Source: an uncultured delta proteobacterium | GTDB taxonomy: Bacteria > Desulfobacterota > Binatia > UBA9968 | Assembly: GCA_963745835.1 (NCBI GenBank) | Contig: CAVUZH010000003.1 | Coordinates: 1,312,001-1,376,000 of the forward strand | DNA length: 64,000 nt | Direction: 5' to 3' | Part shown: positions 32,567-42,917 of the stretch, piece by piece | Layout of the letters: every line of letters begins with the position of its first letter | Numbering within the stretch: the stretch's first letter is position 1 | Translations under genes and position numbers: made by a program | The notes under the pieces: generated by a model | Told to the model about the DNA's origin: nothing | Databases searched by the model: none | What the model saw: the letters and a program-made list of their open reading frames with translations, nothing else

Positions 32567-35035
32567 CTATTCCAGCACTCCATCTCTCTTGTGAGCCGTT
32601 ATCACCTCTTCGCTGTAACCGACCACGTCGCGCAAGACCGTCTCCGTGTCGCGGCCCAGGACAGGAAATTCCCAACGACGGGTGAGCTTTGCGTTGGTAA
32701 AGTGCAACGGAAAGTTAGGTAATACGACCCGTCCCAACCTGGGATTGTCGACTGCGACAATAAATCCACGCTGATTTAATTGCGGGTCCCGGGTCAAATC
32801 TTCGCCAGTCTGCACGACACCCGCTGGAACTCCCAATTTTTGTAAACGATCCATGACGACGAATGCGTCTTGATCGCGGGTCCAAGCTGCAATGATCCGG
32901 TTTAGCTCCGTGCGGTGCTTGATACGGTTCTCAGCAGTTTTGAAACGAGCATCCTGATCGCTACCGTCGTCCAGTATTTTCGCCAAGGCCTTCCACTGCT
33001 CATCGTTCTCGGCTGCGATGACACACCAGCGGTCTTCGCCGGCGCACGGATAGCAATCGTGCGGCGCGGCCCAAGGAGAAGCATTGCCGCAAGGCTCCGG
33101 ATCCTTGCCCGAGACAGCTGCCTCCATCAGGTTGGCCCCGATCATGAAAGCAGTCGCTTCCGATTGCGCCAGGTCGATGAAAGCGCCTTTTTTTTGTCGA
33201 TCGCGACAGAGCACGCCGGAGATTATGATGATCGCGCACAGCACGCCTGAAACATAGTCGGGAAAAACCGTCTGCGAGCCGATCGGCGGATCGATGTTCC
33301 CCGGGTGATTCCACAGATAGGTCAGCCCGGTGAACGAAGTAATATTGACGCCCACTGTTGAGAAGTGCCGCTTCGGCCCAGTGGTGCCGAGTCCCGGCAT
33401 GCGTAGGTTGATGATATCGGGTTTGACCGCGCAGAGATCGCGATAGCCAAGGCCGATTCGCTCGACCACATCGACGCTGTAGTTGTCGAGCACGGCATCG
33501 GCTTTGGCAACAAGGTCGTGCAAAACTCCTTGGCCCTTGGGATGTTTAAGATTGACAGTAAAGGATCGCTTATTGCGGTTAAATTCCAGAAATCGCGGCG
33601 AAAGATTGGGATCCTCTCCGGTGCCGAAAAATCGGAAAGGGTCCATGCCGCCCTTGCTTGACTCGACTTTGATCACATCGGCGCCAAGCTCGGCCAGGAT
33701 CGTCGTGCCGTAGGGCCCGGCGAGCACATGATCAAAGCTGACAATCCGCATACCTTCCAACGGTCCGTTGCCGCTGCTCTTGGAATCGGATTGTGCGGGC
33801 GGTTTTGACGCACTGCTGCTCCCTCCATCGCTCCCGAAACTGTCGCTGCGTTTTACATCTCCGCCGTCGGTCCCCTCTCTTCGTTCCCCCGCAACCGGGG
33901 AGATGTAAGCGGGGGCACGCCAACTGTCGAGCGGCGGGACGCTGCCGACAGGCGGCCGGGTGCCGTCGATGACAAATGGCATGGCCGGCTGTTTGACCCT
34001 GCCGAAACCGGCATGCTCCACCGGACTCATGAAACCGCGGCCCTGGACATGCTCGTCATTGGCAAATGCCAGTGGAGTATTGACCGGCACGCATGGAATG
34101 CCTTTGGACTGCATCAAATCGGTGATCTCGGCCATCGTGTATTGCAATAAAAATGATTCAATGGCGGGATTGAGCTCATCGGCATGGGCGCGCCGGTAAA
34201 CATTGTTGAGCCATTCCGGCGCGTCGAACACCGGCGGATGATCCTTCCAGATTGACAAAAATAACTTCCAATGTTGGCGTGTAACGTAGAGATAAACGAA
34301 ACCATCACGGCAAGGAAAAATCTTTGCCGGCGCCACCGAGCCGTGCTGGCTGCCGGCGCGTTTGAGGATTTGCTTGTCGTTGGCCCAGAGGCGAATGATA
34401 TGCTCTTGGGTCGCCAACGTCTCTTGCATCGAACTGTCGACATGATCGCCTCGTCCGGTGCGCTCGCGCCGATAAAGCGCCGCCAGAACGCCGGCTGCAG
34501 CAAACAGGCTGGCAAAGTAATAAGCTTGCAGTTCCGGCGGCTTACAAGGCGGCAGTGAAGCATCGCCGGAGATGTACAAGAAGCCGCTCTGGGCCAATGC
34601 CACGAGATCGTTGCAGGCAAAATTTTTCTTCGGCCCGGTTTGACCGAAGGGCGTGATCGACGCCATGACAATGCCTGGATTGAATGTTGCCAGATCTTGG
34701 TAGCCAAGTCCTTTCGCATCCATCTCACCAGGTGCGAAACTTTCCAGCACCACATCCGATACTCCAACGAGCTTTTGGAACTCAACGCGGTCCGCTTCTC
34801 TATCGAGATCGAGAACCTTACTGGCCTTGCCGGCGTTGAGATGAGCGAACGTAGTGCTGAGCAGTTTGCCTTCGGCGGATCTGATGAGGGGCGCCAAGTT
34901 CCTGACGGGATCGCCACCGGGTGGTTCTATCTTGATTACCTCCATACCTAAATCGGCAAGCATGCGGCCGCATAGCTGACCGCTTAAGCCGGTGACATCG
35001 AGTGCTCTGTAATCTTTGAGGAATGCCACGCTCAT
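32567..35035 (-). CDS. Class III CoA transferase, tandem CaiB/BaiF fusion
   Basis: Two CaiB domains (LADLGMEVIKIEPPGGD; LAELGADVIKVES, NRNKRS). Confidence 0.92.
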   Translation of the reverse strand: MSVAFLKDYRALDVTGLSGQLCGRMLADLGMEVIKIEPPGGDPVRNLAPLIRSAEGKLLSTTFAHLNAGKASKVLDLDREADRVEFQKLVGVSDVVLESFAPGEMDAKGLGYQDLATFNPGIVMASITPFGQTGPKKNFACNDLVALAQSGFLYISGDASLPPCKPPELQAYYFASLFAAAGVLAALYRRERTGRGDHVDSSMQETLATQEHIIRLWANDKQILKRAGSQHGSVAPAKIFPCRDGFVYLYVTRQHWKLFLSIWKDHPPVFDAPEWLNNVYRRAHADELNPAIESFLLQYTMAEITDLMQSKGIPCVPVNTPLAFANDEHVQGRGFMSPVEHAGFGRVKQPAMPFVIDGTRPPVGSVPPLDSWRAPAYISPVAGERREGTDGGDVKRSDSFGSDGGSSSASKPPAQSDSKSSGNGPLEGMRIVSFDHVLAGPYGTTILAELGADVIKVESSKGGMDPFRFFGTGEDPNLSPRFLEFNRNKRSFTVNLKHPKGQGVLHDLVAKADAVLDNYSVDVVERIGLGYRDLCAVKPDIINLRMPGLGTTGPKRHFSTVGVNITSFTGLTYLWNHPGNIDPPIGSQTVFPDYVSGVLCAIIIISGVLCRDRQKKGAFIDLAQSEATAFMIGANLMEAAVSGKDPEPCGNASPWAAPHDCYPCAGEDRWCVIAAENDEQWKALAKILDDGSDQDARFKTAENRIKHRTELNRIIAAWTRDQDAFVVMDRLQKLGVPAGVVQTGEDLTRDPQLNQRGFIVAVDNPRLGRVVLPNFPLHFTNAKLTRRWEFPVLGRDTETVLRDVVGYSEEVITAHKRDGVLE

Positions 35036-35113
35036 GTTCTTACCTTAGATCCTTCTAGATTTAGAAAACGAATTGAACAAAGGTATTGGCCATGACGCCA
35101 CTTCTACGGTATC

Positions 35114-35255
35114 AAAATCCGAAGCTCGAACTCCGAAATTCGAAACAAATCCAAATGATCAAAATCTGAAAACTCCAAATGAAGTCGTTGAGATTCCGTT
35201 ACTGTATTTTGACACTAAGGCTTGTTTCGGATTTCGCTATTCGAATTTCTAATTT
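35114..35255. repeat. Inverted heptamer arrays (AAATCCG/CGAAATT ... TTTCGGA)
   Basis: AAATCCGAAGCTCGAACTCCGAAATTCGAAACAA ... TTGTTTCGGATTTCGCTATTCGAATTT. Confidence 0.8.
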
Positions 35256-35263
35256 GTTGCTTT

Positions 35264-36394
35264 CTATGCTCCAACATAACGACTGCGGATACTATTTAAG
35301 ATTTGCGCAGCTTCTTCGACCATTCGCTCGACAATAACTCTTGCCGGCTTGGCGCTCTTATCCTGGCTGAGCATGCCTGCGACTTGACCGCCGGGCACTT
35401 GCAAAACTTCAGTTCGGTTAGCAGCTTCGGCGGCGCGCCGGATCTCATCCATTGCCGCTCCCTGGTAGGGTGTCGGCATCGCTTCGAGCCCGGAATCGAT
35501 CCAGGCTTTGATAACGTCGCTGCGATAGTGCCGCGCAAAATGGCCGCTGGTATAAGCGGTTCGGACGAAATCTTCCGAGCTTCCGTTTAAGATTTGCTGC
35601 TTGTACGCCGGATGAATACCGCATTCCTCGGTAACCAGGAAAGCCGTGCCGCACCAAACCCCAACCGCTCCTAACGCCAGCGCCGCGGCAACTCCGCGGC
35701 CATCCGAAATTCCTCCGGCCGCAACCACCGGCAACGGCTTCACCGCGTCGACGATTTGCGGTATCAGAGGAAAATTGCCGATGGTTCCGGTGTGGCCGCC
35801 GGCTTCATAGCCCTGCGAAATAATCACATCGGCGCCTTTGCGCGCGTGGCTGAGCGCGTGCTTCACTGCGCCCGCCAGCGCCATCACCTTGATTCCTCTG
35901 TCGTGCGCGAGCGGCACCACTTCGGCGGTATCGCCCAACCCGATAATCAGAATCGGCACTTTCTCTTCGAGAATCACCTGCAGCTGTTCGCGGGTTGCCT
36001 TGGGTGTTTTGACCCAGCTCTTTCTGTCCGGCGGTTGCGGCGCTAAACCGAGTTTCGGAATCAATTCGCTCGTGAACCCGGCATGCTTCGGGTATTTCTC
36101 CTGGATCTCTTTTTTCACCTCGTCAGGATCCGGCACCCTGACATCTTCCATCTTGGGCAAGGTGATATCCACGCCAAACGGTCGATCGGTGAGCGCCCTG
36201 ACCCGTCGGATACGTTCGCGGATCACCTCGGGACGGATCGAACTGCCGCCGATACAGCCGAGGCCGCCGGCATTGGAAACGGCCGCGACCAGCTCCGGCG
36301 GCGTCGTCATCCCTTCTTTGTCCCAGCCCATGCCGGCTTGAATGATGGGAACTTCGATACCCAACAGGTCACATAATGGGGTTTTCAGCTTCAT
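35264..36394 (-). CDS. Nitronate monooxygenase / FabK-like flavoenzyme
   Basis: PIIQAGM, AVSNAGGLG, QGYEAGGH, AAGGISDGRG. Confidence 0.9.
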   Translation of the reverse strand: MKLKTPLCDLLGIEVPIIQAGMGWDKEGMTTPPELVAAVSNAGGLGCIGGSSIRPEVIRERIRRVRALTDRPFGVDITLPKMEDVRVPDPDEVKKEIQEKYPKHAGFTSELIPKLGLAPQPPDRKSWVKTPKATREQLQVILEEKVPILIIGLGDTAEVVPLAHDRGIKVMALAGAVKHALSHARKGADVIISQGYEAGGHTGTIGNFPLIPQIVDAVKPLPVVAAGGISDGRGVAAALALGAVGVWCGTAFLVTEECGIHPAYKQQILNGSSEDFVRTAYTSGHFARHYRSDVIKAWIDSGLEAMPTPYQGAAMDEIRRAAEAANRTEVLQVPGGQVAGMLSQDKSAKPARVIVERMVEEAAQILNSIRSRYVGA

Positions 36395-36601
36395 ATTCGC
36401 TTCCTAAGGCTTAGAATCTAATACGAAAAAGTAACTGTAATCGTGTTCGTGCCGGTGGATTGGACAAGTGATGGTGCTTGGCTTGCCCAATTCCCAGTTT
36501 AGTTCTCATTTCTGTTTCGGTCTCCCGAACAGATGAGCGATCTTGCTAACGAACACGGCTATTCCGAACACGATCACGTACTTTCCGATCACGAGTACGT
36601 T

Positions 36602-37420
36602 TTATTTCCGATCTTCAGGTTTGATGTATCTAGTCGTGCCGCCGCCCTTCTGTGAATGGAGATAGCCTTCAACATCGTTCAATGGATTGGTGTAGTATCG
36701 CATGCGGTGCGAAACCAGATCATCAGTTCTCAGCGCGGTGAGAAAGTCCATGTCTTTTTGCATATAAGCGGCGATCTTCGCGCTCTCCAGTGTTACCGCG
36801 TTGCGGTTGCCGAGCTCTTTGGCCAATTGTTCAACCGCCGAGGTTAGCTGATCGTCGGGCACAACTTCCGAAACGAGGCCGACCCGCTCGGCTTGCTCGG
36901 CCGTAAGATTTCTGCCGGTTAGTTGGATATAAAAAGCTTTCTTGAATGGGATGCCGCTATGGAACAACGTCGACGTGGCAACTGCGCCATAACTGCCGCG
37001 GATCACTTCGGGCATACCGAACTTGGCCGACTCGGCGGCAATGCAGAGATCGTGACCATTGGTCAATGCTAGCCCGCCGCCCAAGCACCAACCGCGCACC
37101 GCCGCGACAGTGACCTGGGGCATGTTGCGCAGCAGCCGGACGATCTCATACGTCGAACCGGCCTGATCCCAGGGCCGTTTGCGTTTCCAGTTTTCGCGCA
37201 AATCATAAAGATCCAGGCCCGATGAATAGGAATCACCCGAACCGGTGGTTACGATACATTTGATTTTGTCGTTGTCGCCGAGCTCTTTTAACACCTCGAC
37301 CATTTCGATCATCAGCCGCTGGCTCAAAGCATTTTTCTTCTCCGGTCGATTGAACGTCAGCCATGCTACTCCGGCTTCCTCGTCAATTTTTTGCAAGATT
37401 GTTCTTAATTCAGCCATCAT
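36602..37420 (-). CDS. Enoyl-CoA hydratase/isomerase family protein
   Basis: FNRPEKKNAL, SSGLDL, GWCLGGG, FGMPE. Confidence 0.9.
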   Translation of the reverse strand: MMAELRTILQKIDEEAGVAWLTFNRPEKKNALSQRLMIEMVEVLKELGDNDKIKCIVTTGSGDSYSSGLDLYDLRENWKRKRPWDQAGSTYEIVRLLRNMPQVTVAAVRGWCLGGGLALTNGHDLCIAAESAKFGMPEVIRGSYGAVATSTLFHSGIPFKKAFYIQLTGRNLTAEQAERVGLVSEVVPDDQLTSAVEQLAKELGNRNAVTLESAKIAAYMQKDMDFLTALRTDDLVSHRMRYYTNPLNDVEGYLHSQKGGGTTRYIKPEDRK

Positions 37421-37497
37421 TTACCTCCAAAATAAACCGTTAGTTTCAGCGTGACGCTTGGATTGAAAGGCTTGCGCGACATTACTCCGGCGTCAGT

Positions 37498-38364
37498 TTA
37501 GGGCCGGAGCAGAAACGGTACGACGATCTCCGCCAATTCTTCAGGCCTCTCGTGCGGGATGTGATGGCCGGCTCCCTCGATCGGCACAATCTCGGCTTTA
37601 GGAAAAAGCTTCACGCGCGGACCGCGCACCGACTTCATAAAACCGCTCTCCGTGCCATAAACAAAGAAGATGGGACACTGAATGCGCCGGATAAACGCTT
37701 CGATTTGTCCTTCGGACAAAGCGGTAGTCGTCCGATAACGTAGAATCGGATCATACTTCCAACGGTATCTACCGCCCTTGAAATTGGTTCCGTGCCGGGC
37801 CATATGCAACGCAGCATTATCGGGAATAAGAGGGTAAGTTTTCTGCAGCGCCTTTGCGGCAGCCTCCAAAGATTCGTGTGGAAACGGGATCTCTACGTAG
37901 TCTCGACCATTGAGTCTCTCGGCAAAAATCTCGGGCACTTCTTCATCGGCGCGCGCAAACGGACCCAGCGACTCGAGAAGCACCATGCGCTTGACCTTGT
38001 CAGGGAAGGCTCCGGCGTACAGCAGGCACATACTGCCGCCGAGTGAATGACCGATAATGGTTAGCGGCTCTTTACCGAGATGGCGCAGGAGACCGGCCAA
38101 GTCCGTCAGAAAATCCTCATGTTGATAGCCACGGCTTGTGCTCGGCCATTCGCTATCACCATGACCACGCAAGTCGATGGCCACTGCGTGTTTAATCGGT
38201 AACCCGCGCGCGATCATCGCCGCAATAAAATCATCCCAGCTTCGCCCTTGATCGCGCACGCCATGAACAAAGACGAAAGTCTCTTGGTTGGGATCGCCCC
38301 ACTCCCAATAGTGAAGTTTCAACCCATCATGATTGAAGTAATGGTCCCGGAGTTCTAAATTCAT
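37498..38364 (-). CDS. Alpha/beta hydrolase
   Basis: HG, DLRGHGDS, GHSLGG, GAGHH. Confidence 0.92.
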   Translation of the reverse strand: MNLELRDHYFNHDGLKLHYWEWGDPNQETFVFVHGVRDQGRSWDDFIAAMIARGLPIKHAVAIDLRGHGDSEWPSTSRGYQHEDFLTDLAGLLRHLGKEPLTIIGHSLGGSMCLLYAGAFPDKVKRMVLLESLGPFARADEEVPEIFAERLNGRDYVEIPFPHESLEAAAKALQKTYPLIPDNAALHMARHGTNFKGGRYRWKYDPILRYRTTTALSEGQIEAFIRRIQCPIFFVYGTESGFMKSVRGPRVKLFPKAEIVPIEGAGHHIPHERPEELAEIVVPFLLRP

Positions 38365-38467
38365 CGGCTGGTTTCTTGCCCTTTCAAATACAATTTACGG
38401 CAATGCGATCGAGCTTAGGCTCGATGTTTATGCCCATCTACTCTCTTACTATCTCCTGCCCAATTCT

Positions 38468-38836
38468 TTAAGCGCTTCCTCGATGTAACTGATCGATGTA
38501 CTTGTTCGGACTCGGCAACGGTGGCTTTAACTGCCCCCGCTCGGCCATAATCTGAATTACAGCCCCGACTCGTTCGAGACTGGCTTCATCGGAACTGAGA
38601 GGCACGGCAATCAACGCGGTGTCTACCCGGTTAGCGGTCAGCACCAATGGAACATCCATTCCTTGCTGATCGAAGATACCTTGCCTATGCGCCACCCACA
38701 GTGGGCTGTATCCGAGTGTCTTGGAGGAAGCGTTGACCGGAAACTTAACTTTTTCCTGCCCGGCGACCTTATCGACGACAGCGATGAGAGATAAGACGAA
38801 ACTAACCGCTATAACCTTACAAAGAATTTGGTCCAC
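38468..38836 (-). pseudogene. Internally deleted SsuA-like ABC substrate-binding protein
   Basis: 122 aa keeping the signal, LWVAHRQGIF, a mid fragment and the C-terminal KYID; paralogues here are ~330 aa. Confidence 0.7.
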
Positions 38837-38888
38837 ACGTCTGGCTTCCTATGTTCTTAACTGCATGTTTGACTAGCGAAGTGCAAAA

Positions 38889-39971
38889 CTATTTTTTCGC
38901 CTCTTCGACAAATTTTCGGACAAAATCAACCACCTCGACAGGAGCGGTTAAAACTTTGTCCCGGAGCTTTTCGCCATCCTCTCCGGTTTCAAAGCGCGGT
39001 TGAAATCGCATCACCTTCTTGGCGTCAGCGATGAATTCTTCATCCTTAGCCAGGGAGGCAAACGCCTGACGCATTGTCGCGATTGCCTCGGGCGGCGAAC
39101 CGGGTGGCAAGAGCGCTACACGATTGAGATTTTGACTCGCCATATTCGCGGCTTTGAGAGCTTCGTACTTGATGCCGGTTGGCGCCTTGCCATGAATTTG
39201 CGTATAGACCTCGGTAAACGAACTCAGTTCCGGGTAATCCGGACTCTTTACCATGTTTCCATCGGGACGGATGACATCGTGATAGTAGAGCGGAGTGACC
39301 ATGCCGGTTTTGACCATTTGCGGTTCGACCACGCCGCGATAGCCCGGAATGTTTTCATCGTGGTACTGAATCTCGTTGCGCTGCACAGCCAGCCGCGCGT
39401 CGTTGCTGCTATTGTAGCCGGTCACATAATCGTACTTCAGGCCAAGAATGTCGAAAGCCAGCCGAAATCGCAGATCCTTGTTACTGTCGAAGCTCAGGCC
39501 ACCTGCCCGGAAGCGCTCGGCCTTGGCCAGATCGGTTGGTTTCTTAATTCCAGGTGGAACATCGGAGCGGATATAACACACCGTCACGCCTTGAACCGCG
39601 GAGATGAACGGCACTTTCATAAGATCGACTCTTAACGTCGTACTCTTCATCATCTGATGGTTATACGGTCCGGTGAAATAACCCAACGTGAGAGCGTCCG
39701 GTTTAGCTACCTCACCAAGAAAATTAATCCCGGTGACCCCGCCACCACCGGACATGTTTTGCACAACGATGGTCGGATTTCCCGGTATATGCCTGGGAAG
39801 ATGCCGAGCGACGATCCGTCCTTCGATATCGGTGGGTCCACCGGCGGAAAAGTTGATGAAGAAAGTGATGGTCTTTCCCTGGTAAAAGGGCCTTTCAGCC
39901 GCTGAGGCTGTATTCAGAGACAGGATCAAACCCGAAAGGACACATAAACAAGCGCATATGAGATCTTTCAT
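38889..39971 (-). CDS. Bug/TctC-like substrate-binding protein
   Basis: PFYQGKTI, GGPTD, HIPGNP, KPDALT. Confidence 0.87.
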   Translation of the reverse strand: MKDLICACLCVLSGLILSLNTASAAERPFYQGKTITFFINFSAGGPTDIEGRIVARHLPRHIPGNPTIVVQNMSGGGGVTGINFLGEVAKPDALTLGYFTGPYNHQMMKSTTLRVDLMKVPFISAVQGVTVCYIRSDVPPGIKKPTDLAKAERFRAGGLSFDSNKDLRFRLAFDILGLKYDYVTGYNSSNDARLAVQRNEIQYHDENIPGYRGVVEPQMVKTGMVTPLYYHDVIRPDGNMVKSPDYPELSSFTEVYTQIHGKAPTGIKYEALKAANMASQNLNRVALLPPGSPPEAIATMRQAFASLAKDEEFIADAKKVMRFQPRFETGEDGEKLRDKVLTAPVEVVDFVRKFVEEAKK

Positions 39972-40143
39972 GATTGGCTCTCCTTTCATTTTCGCTGATC
40001 CGAACTGACACGTTTATTCTGAAGCGCTGCTTCGCTCATCGTTACGGTAAAGCCCATTCGCGAGTGACAATCAGAAAAATACCTTTCCCACCTATCTGTG
40101 GATGCGATCGCAAGAATTGCGACGATCACCGACCCGATTAGCC

Positions 40144-41676
40144 TCAACTCGACGCTTCTGCTTGACCCAGAATGATTTCCTTCAACTTTACTTTATTCAC
40201 TTTGCCCACTTCGGTGTGCGGCAAGGAATCACAGATTTCGACCGACTTTGGCACCTTGTATGGGGCTAGCCGCGCTTTACAGAATGCAATCAACTCTTCT
40301 CCTTGAATCGATGATCCCGGCTTTAATACCAGCACCGCTTTCACCGCCTCGCCCCATTGCGCATCGGGGACACCGATTACGGCCGCTTCCAACACATCCG
40401 GATGGCTGTAAATCACGCCTTCGATTTCCAGAGGATAGATGCTGATGCCGCCGCTCTTGACCATGTCCTTCTTCCGGCCTGCGATAAAGAGATAGCCTTC
40501 TTCGTCGAAGTAGCCCAGATCGCCGGTATAGAACCAGCCGTCTCGGAAAGATGCATTGGTCGCTTCCGGATTCTTGTAGTAACCCTCCGTCGCGAGCGGG
40601 CTCTGGCAGACGATTTCGCCAATCTCGCCGACTTTCACCGGCCGGTCGCCATCGTCGACAATGCGCAGATCGACACACCAGACCGGCCGCCCGGCGGCGT
40701 CGGGTTTGTAATCCATATCGCTAGGCTTTGAGATGGCCATTTGGCCGCAATCGGTCGAGGCGTAAGTTCGGTAGATGTTCGGCGTGAGTTTCTTTCTTAA
40801 CTGTTCCAGGACAGAAGGATGAACTTTGCCGCCGGTAATCGCCAGACAACGCAAAGCACGGGTGTCATACTTCTTCGACTCGAGCACGCTCAGCATGCGC
40901 TCGCACATCGTCGGTACGGCGCCGATGTAAGTAACTTTTTCGCGCTCCACCGTGTTGAGAACATTCTCAGCGTCGAAGCGTTCGTGCAGTATCATTGTTC
41001 CGCCGAAATAGATGATTCCCAGTGTGAACGAACGGCCGGCGTTGAAATAAATCGGCGATGAGAGAATCGCGGTATCGTGAACGCCGAGGCCCTTTTCGAT
41101 GGCGTTGTTGATACAGTGGAAAACGAAGCTCCTTTGCGTCGAGAGACAGCCTTTAGGAAATCCTGTGGTGCCGGAGGTCAGCAAAACCGCAAACGGGTCG
41201 TCCTCGTCAACTTCGACTGCGGGTTCGTCGCTATTCTGTCCCTTAAGCAAACCGCCATAACTCAAATCCTTGATGATAATCGGCTTGAGAAAACTCAAAT
41301 CCTCAGTCGTCTTGGCAGATTCGAACGCGTCGACACAATCGGGCTGTAGAATCAGCACAGTTGGCTTAAAAAAGGAAAGCACAGAACCCAGCTCCAGGGC
41401 TTTCCATTTGACATCAAGCGGGATCGCCAGCGCGCCGATCTTGGCGGTGGCGAAAATGATCTCCAGATGTTCGATGCGATTGCCGACCGACAATGCCACA
41501 GTGTCGCCTTCACCCACACCCATCGACAGCAGAGCGTGGGCTAACTGATTGACCCGCGAGTTGAGATCACCGTATGTCGTTTCTCTGAAGCAATCTTTCG
41601 CGGCAATCTTGAGAGGAAACTTGGAGGCGTTACGGCGCAAGCCGTCGCCCATCAGCAAGGGAACTCTTGTCGCCAT
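40144..41676 (-). CDS. AMP-dependent acyl-CoA ligase
   Basis: TSGTTGFPKG, YTGDLG, GRKKD, PYKVPK, GKV. Confidence 0.93.
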   Translation of the reverse strand: MATRVPLLMGDGLRRNASKFPLKIAAKDCFRETTYGDLNSRVNQLAHALLSMGVGEGDTVALSVGNRIEHLEIIFATAKIGALAIPLDVKWKALELGSVLSFFKPTVLILQPDCVDAFESAKTTEDLSFLKPIIIKDLSYGGLLKGQNSDEPAVEVDEDDPFAVLLTSGTTGFPKGCLSTQRSFVFHCINNAIEKGLGVHDTAILSSPIYFNAGRSFTLGIIYFGGTMILHERFDAENVLNTVEREKVTYIGAVPTMCERMLSVLESKKYDTRALRCLAITGGKVHPSVLEQLRKKLTPNIYRTYASTDCGQMAISKPSDMDYKPDAAGRPVWCVDLRIVDDGDRPVKVGEIGEIVCQSPLATEGYYKNPEATNASFRDGWFYTGDLGYFDEEGYLFIAGRKKDMVKSGGISIYPLEIEGVIYSHPDVLEAAVIGVPDAQWGEAVKAVLVLKPGSSIQGEELIAFCKARLAPYKVPKSVEICDSLPHTEVGKVNKVKLKEIILGQAEASS

Positions 41677-41800
41677 TTAGTATAATAAGTCCGGCCCTAT
41701 TTGCGGGAGAGTGGTCTCGTCCCTGTTCGTTGCAAGTTCAATGGTCACGCGAGCCGCCTCCGACAAGAGAACTAGGCTGAAGATTCCTGCCACGCTCAGA

Positions 41801-41830
41801 CGTTGAACCTTGAACGGTTGAACGTTGAAC
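41801..41830. repeat. TTGAAC short tandem repeat array
   Basis: CGTTGAACCTTGAACGGTTGAACGTTGAAC. Confidence 0.7.
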
Positions 41831-41835
41831 AATTG

Positions 41836-42663
41836 TTATCTGCCTTTCCAACGCGGCGGCCGTTTTTCGACAAAGGCTTTTGGACCTTCCTTAGCGTCGT
41901 CCGTTTGCAACACCATGCTCTGAAGATCCGACTCATAGCGCAGCCCCTGCTCCAACGTCATTTCGCAGCCTTTATAAATAGCTTCTTTGATATAGCGCAG
42001 CGCCAAGGGCGCGCCTTTTAGAAACGATTGCGCCATTTTTTCACCTGCGGGAACTAATTGATCATAAGATACGAGCTGGTTCACCAATCCGATGCGATAA
42101 CATTCCGCGGCATCGTAAAGTTCGCCGGACAGACAGATTTCCAAAGCTTTTGGAATGCCGACAAGACGCGGCAGCCGCTGCGTTCCACCCGAACCCGCCA
42201 GAAAACCAAGCCGCACTTCACTCAGTCCAAGTCGCGCCCCTTCCGCCGCTATACGAATGTCACACGCCAAACTCATCAAAAGCCCGGTGCCGACGGTATA
42301 ACCATGAAGCAGCGCGATCGTAATCTTATTCATTGCTGCAATCACTGGCGCTGGAGTGCCAGGAATCGCCGAGTTCTTCGACTGGCGCTGCACGAGCGGT
42401 GATTCCGTAGGTTCGATTTCCGTCGCATTCTGCCGCGCACGATCCTTGATATCTCCGCCTACAGAAAACGCGCGCTCGCCATTTGCCTTGAATATAACAA
42501 CCTGAACGTTTGGGTCTTCTTCCGCCGCGCGGCAATAGTCAACGATCGACCTCACCATCTCCCGGTTCACCGCATTCAACGACTCTGGACGATTCAGCGT
42601 GATCCAGGCGGTTTGATTTCTAACTTCGTACAAAACCTTTTCTTCTGCCACCATATTCTCCAT
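41836..42663 (-). CDS. Enoyl-CoA hydratase/isomerase family protein
   Basis: LNRPESLNA, GGTQRLPRLVG, AFVEKRPPRWKGR; true start may be 42654 or 42651. Confidence 0.92.
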   Translation of the reverse strand: MENMVAEEKVLYEVRNQTAWITLNRPESLNAVNREMVRSIVDYCRAAEEDPNVQVVIFKANGERAFSVGGDIKDRARQNATEIEPTESPLVQRQSKNSAIPGTPAPVIAAMNKITIALLHGYTVGTGLLMSLACDIRIAAEGARLGLSEVRLGFLAGSGGTQRLPRLVGIPKALEICLSGELYDAAECYRIGLVNQLVSYDQLVPAGEKMAQSFLKGAPLALRYIKEAIYKGCEMTLEQGLRYESDLQSMVLQTDDAKEGPKAFVEKRPPRWKGR

Positions 42664-42701
42664 TTTGGATTTTAGATCTTGGATCTAGATTATCGGAGAG
42701 G

Positions 42702-42917
42702 GAGATAAGCTATTGCTGCTCTACCTGTTCGTCCAATGTTCATAAGTCTGTTCACGCTTGCGTATGAAAGCTGGGAGCGAAGGGGCAAGCCTGGAGGCCA
42801 CAGACGTAGAACCGTGCAGATACTGCCAGGCCCGAACTATTGGAATCAGCACCCTGGGGCTGGCGAGGGCGGCCTTGGAGTCAGAGACCCATCGGCTGCG
42901 GCCGGAAGGCTTATCTC
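42702..42917 (+). mobile_element. Candidate non-autonomous IS110-derived element (non-coding end only)
   Basis: IR GAGATAAGC/GCTTATCTC; internal motifs resemble IS110 non-coding ends as I recall them; no transposase. Confidence 0.45.
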
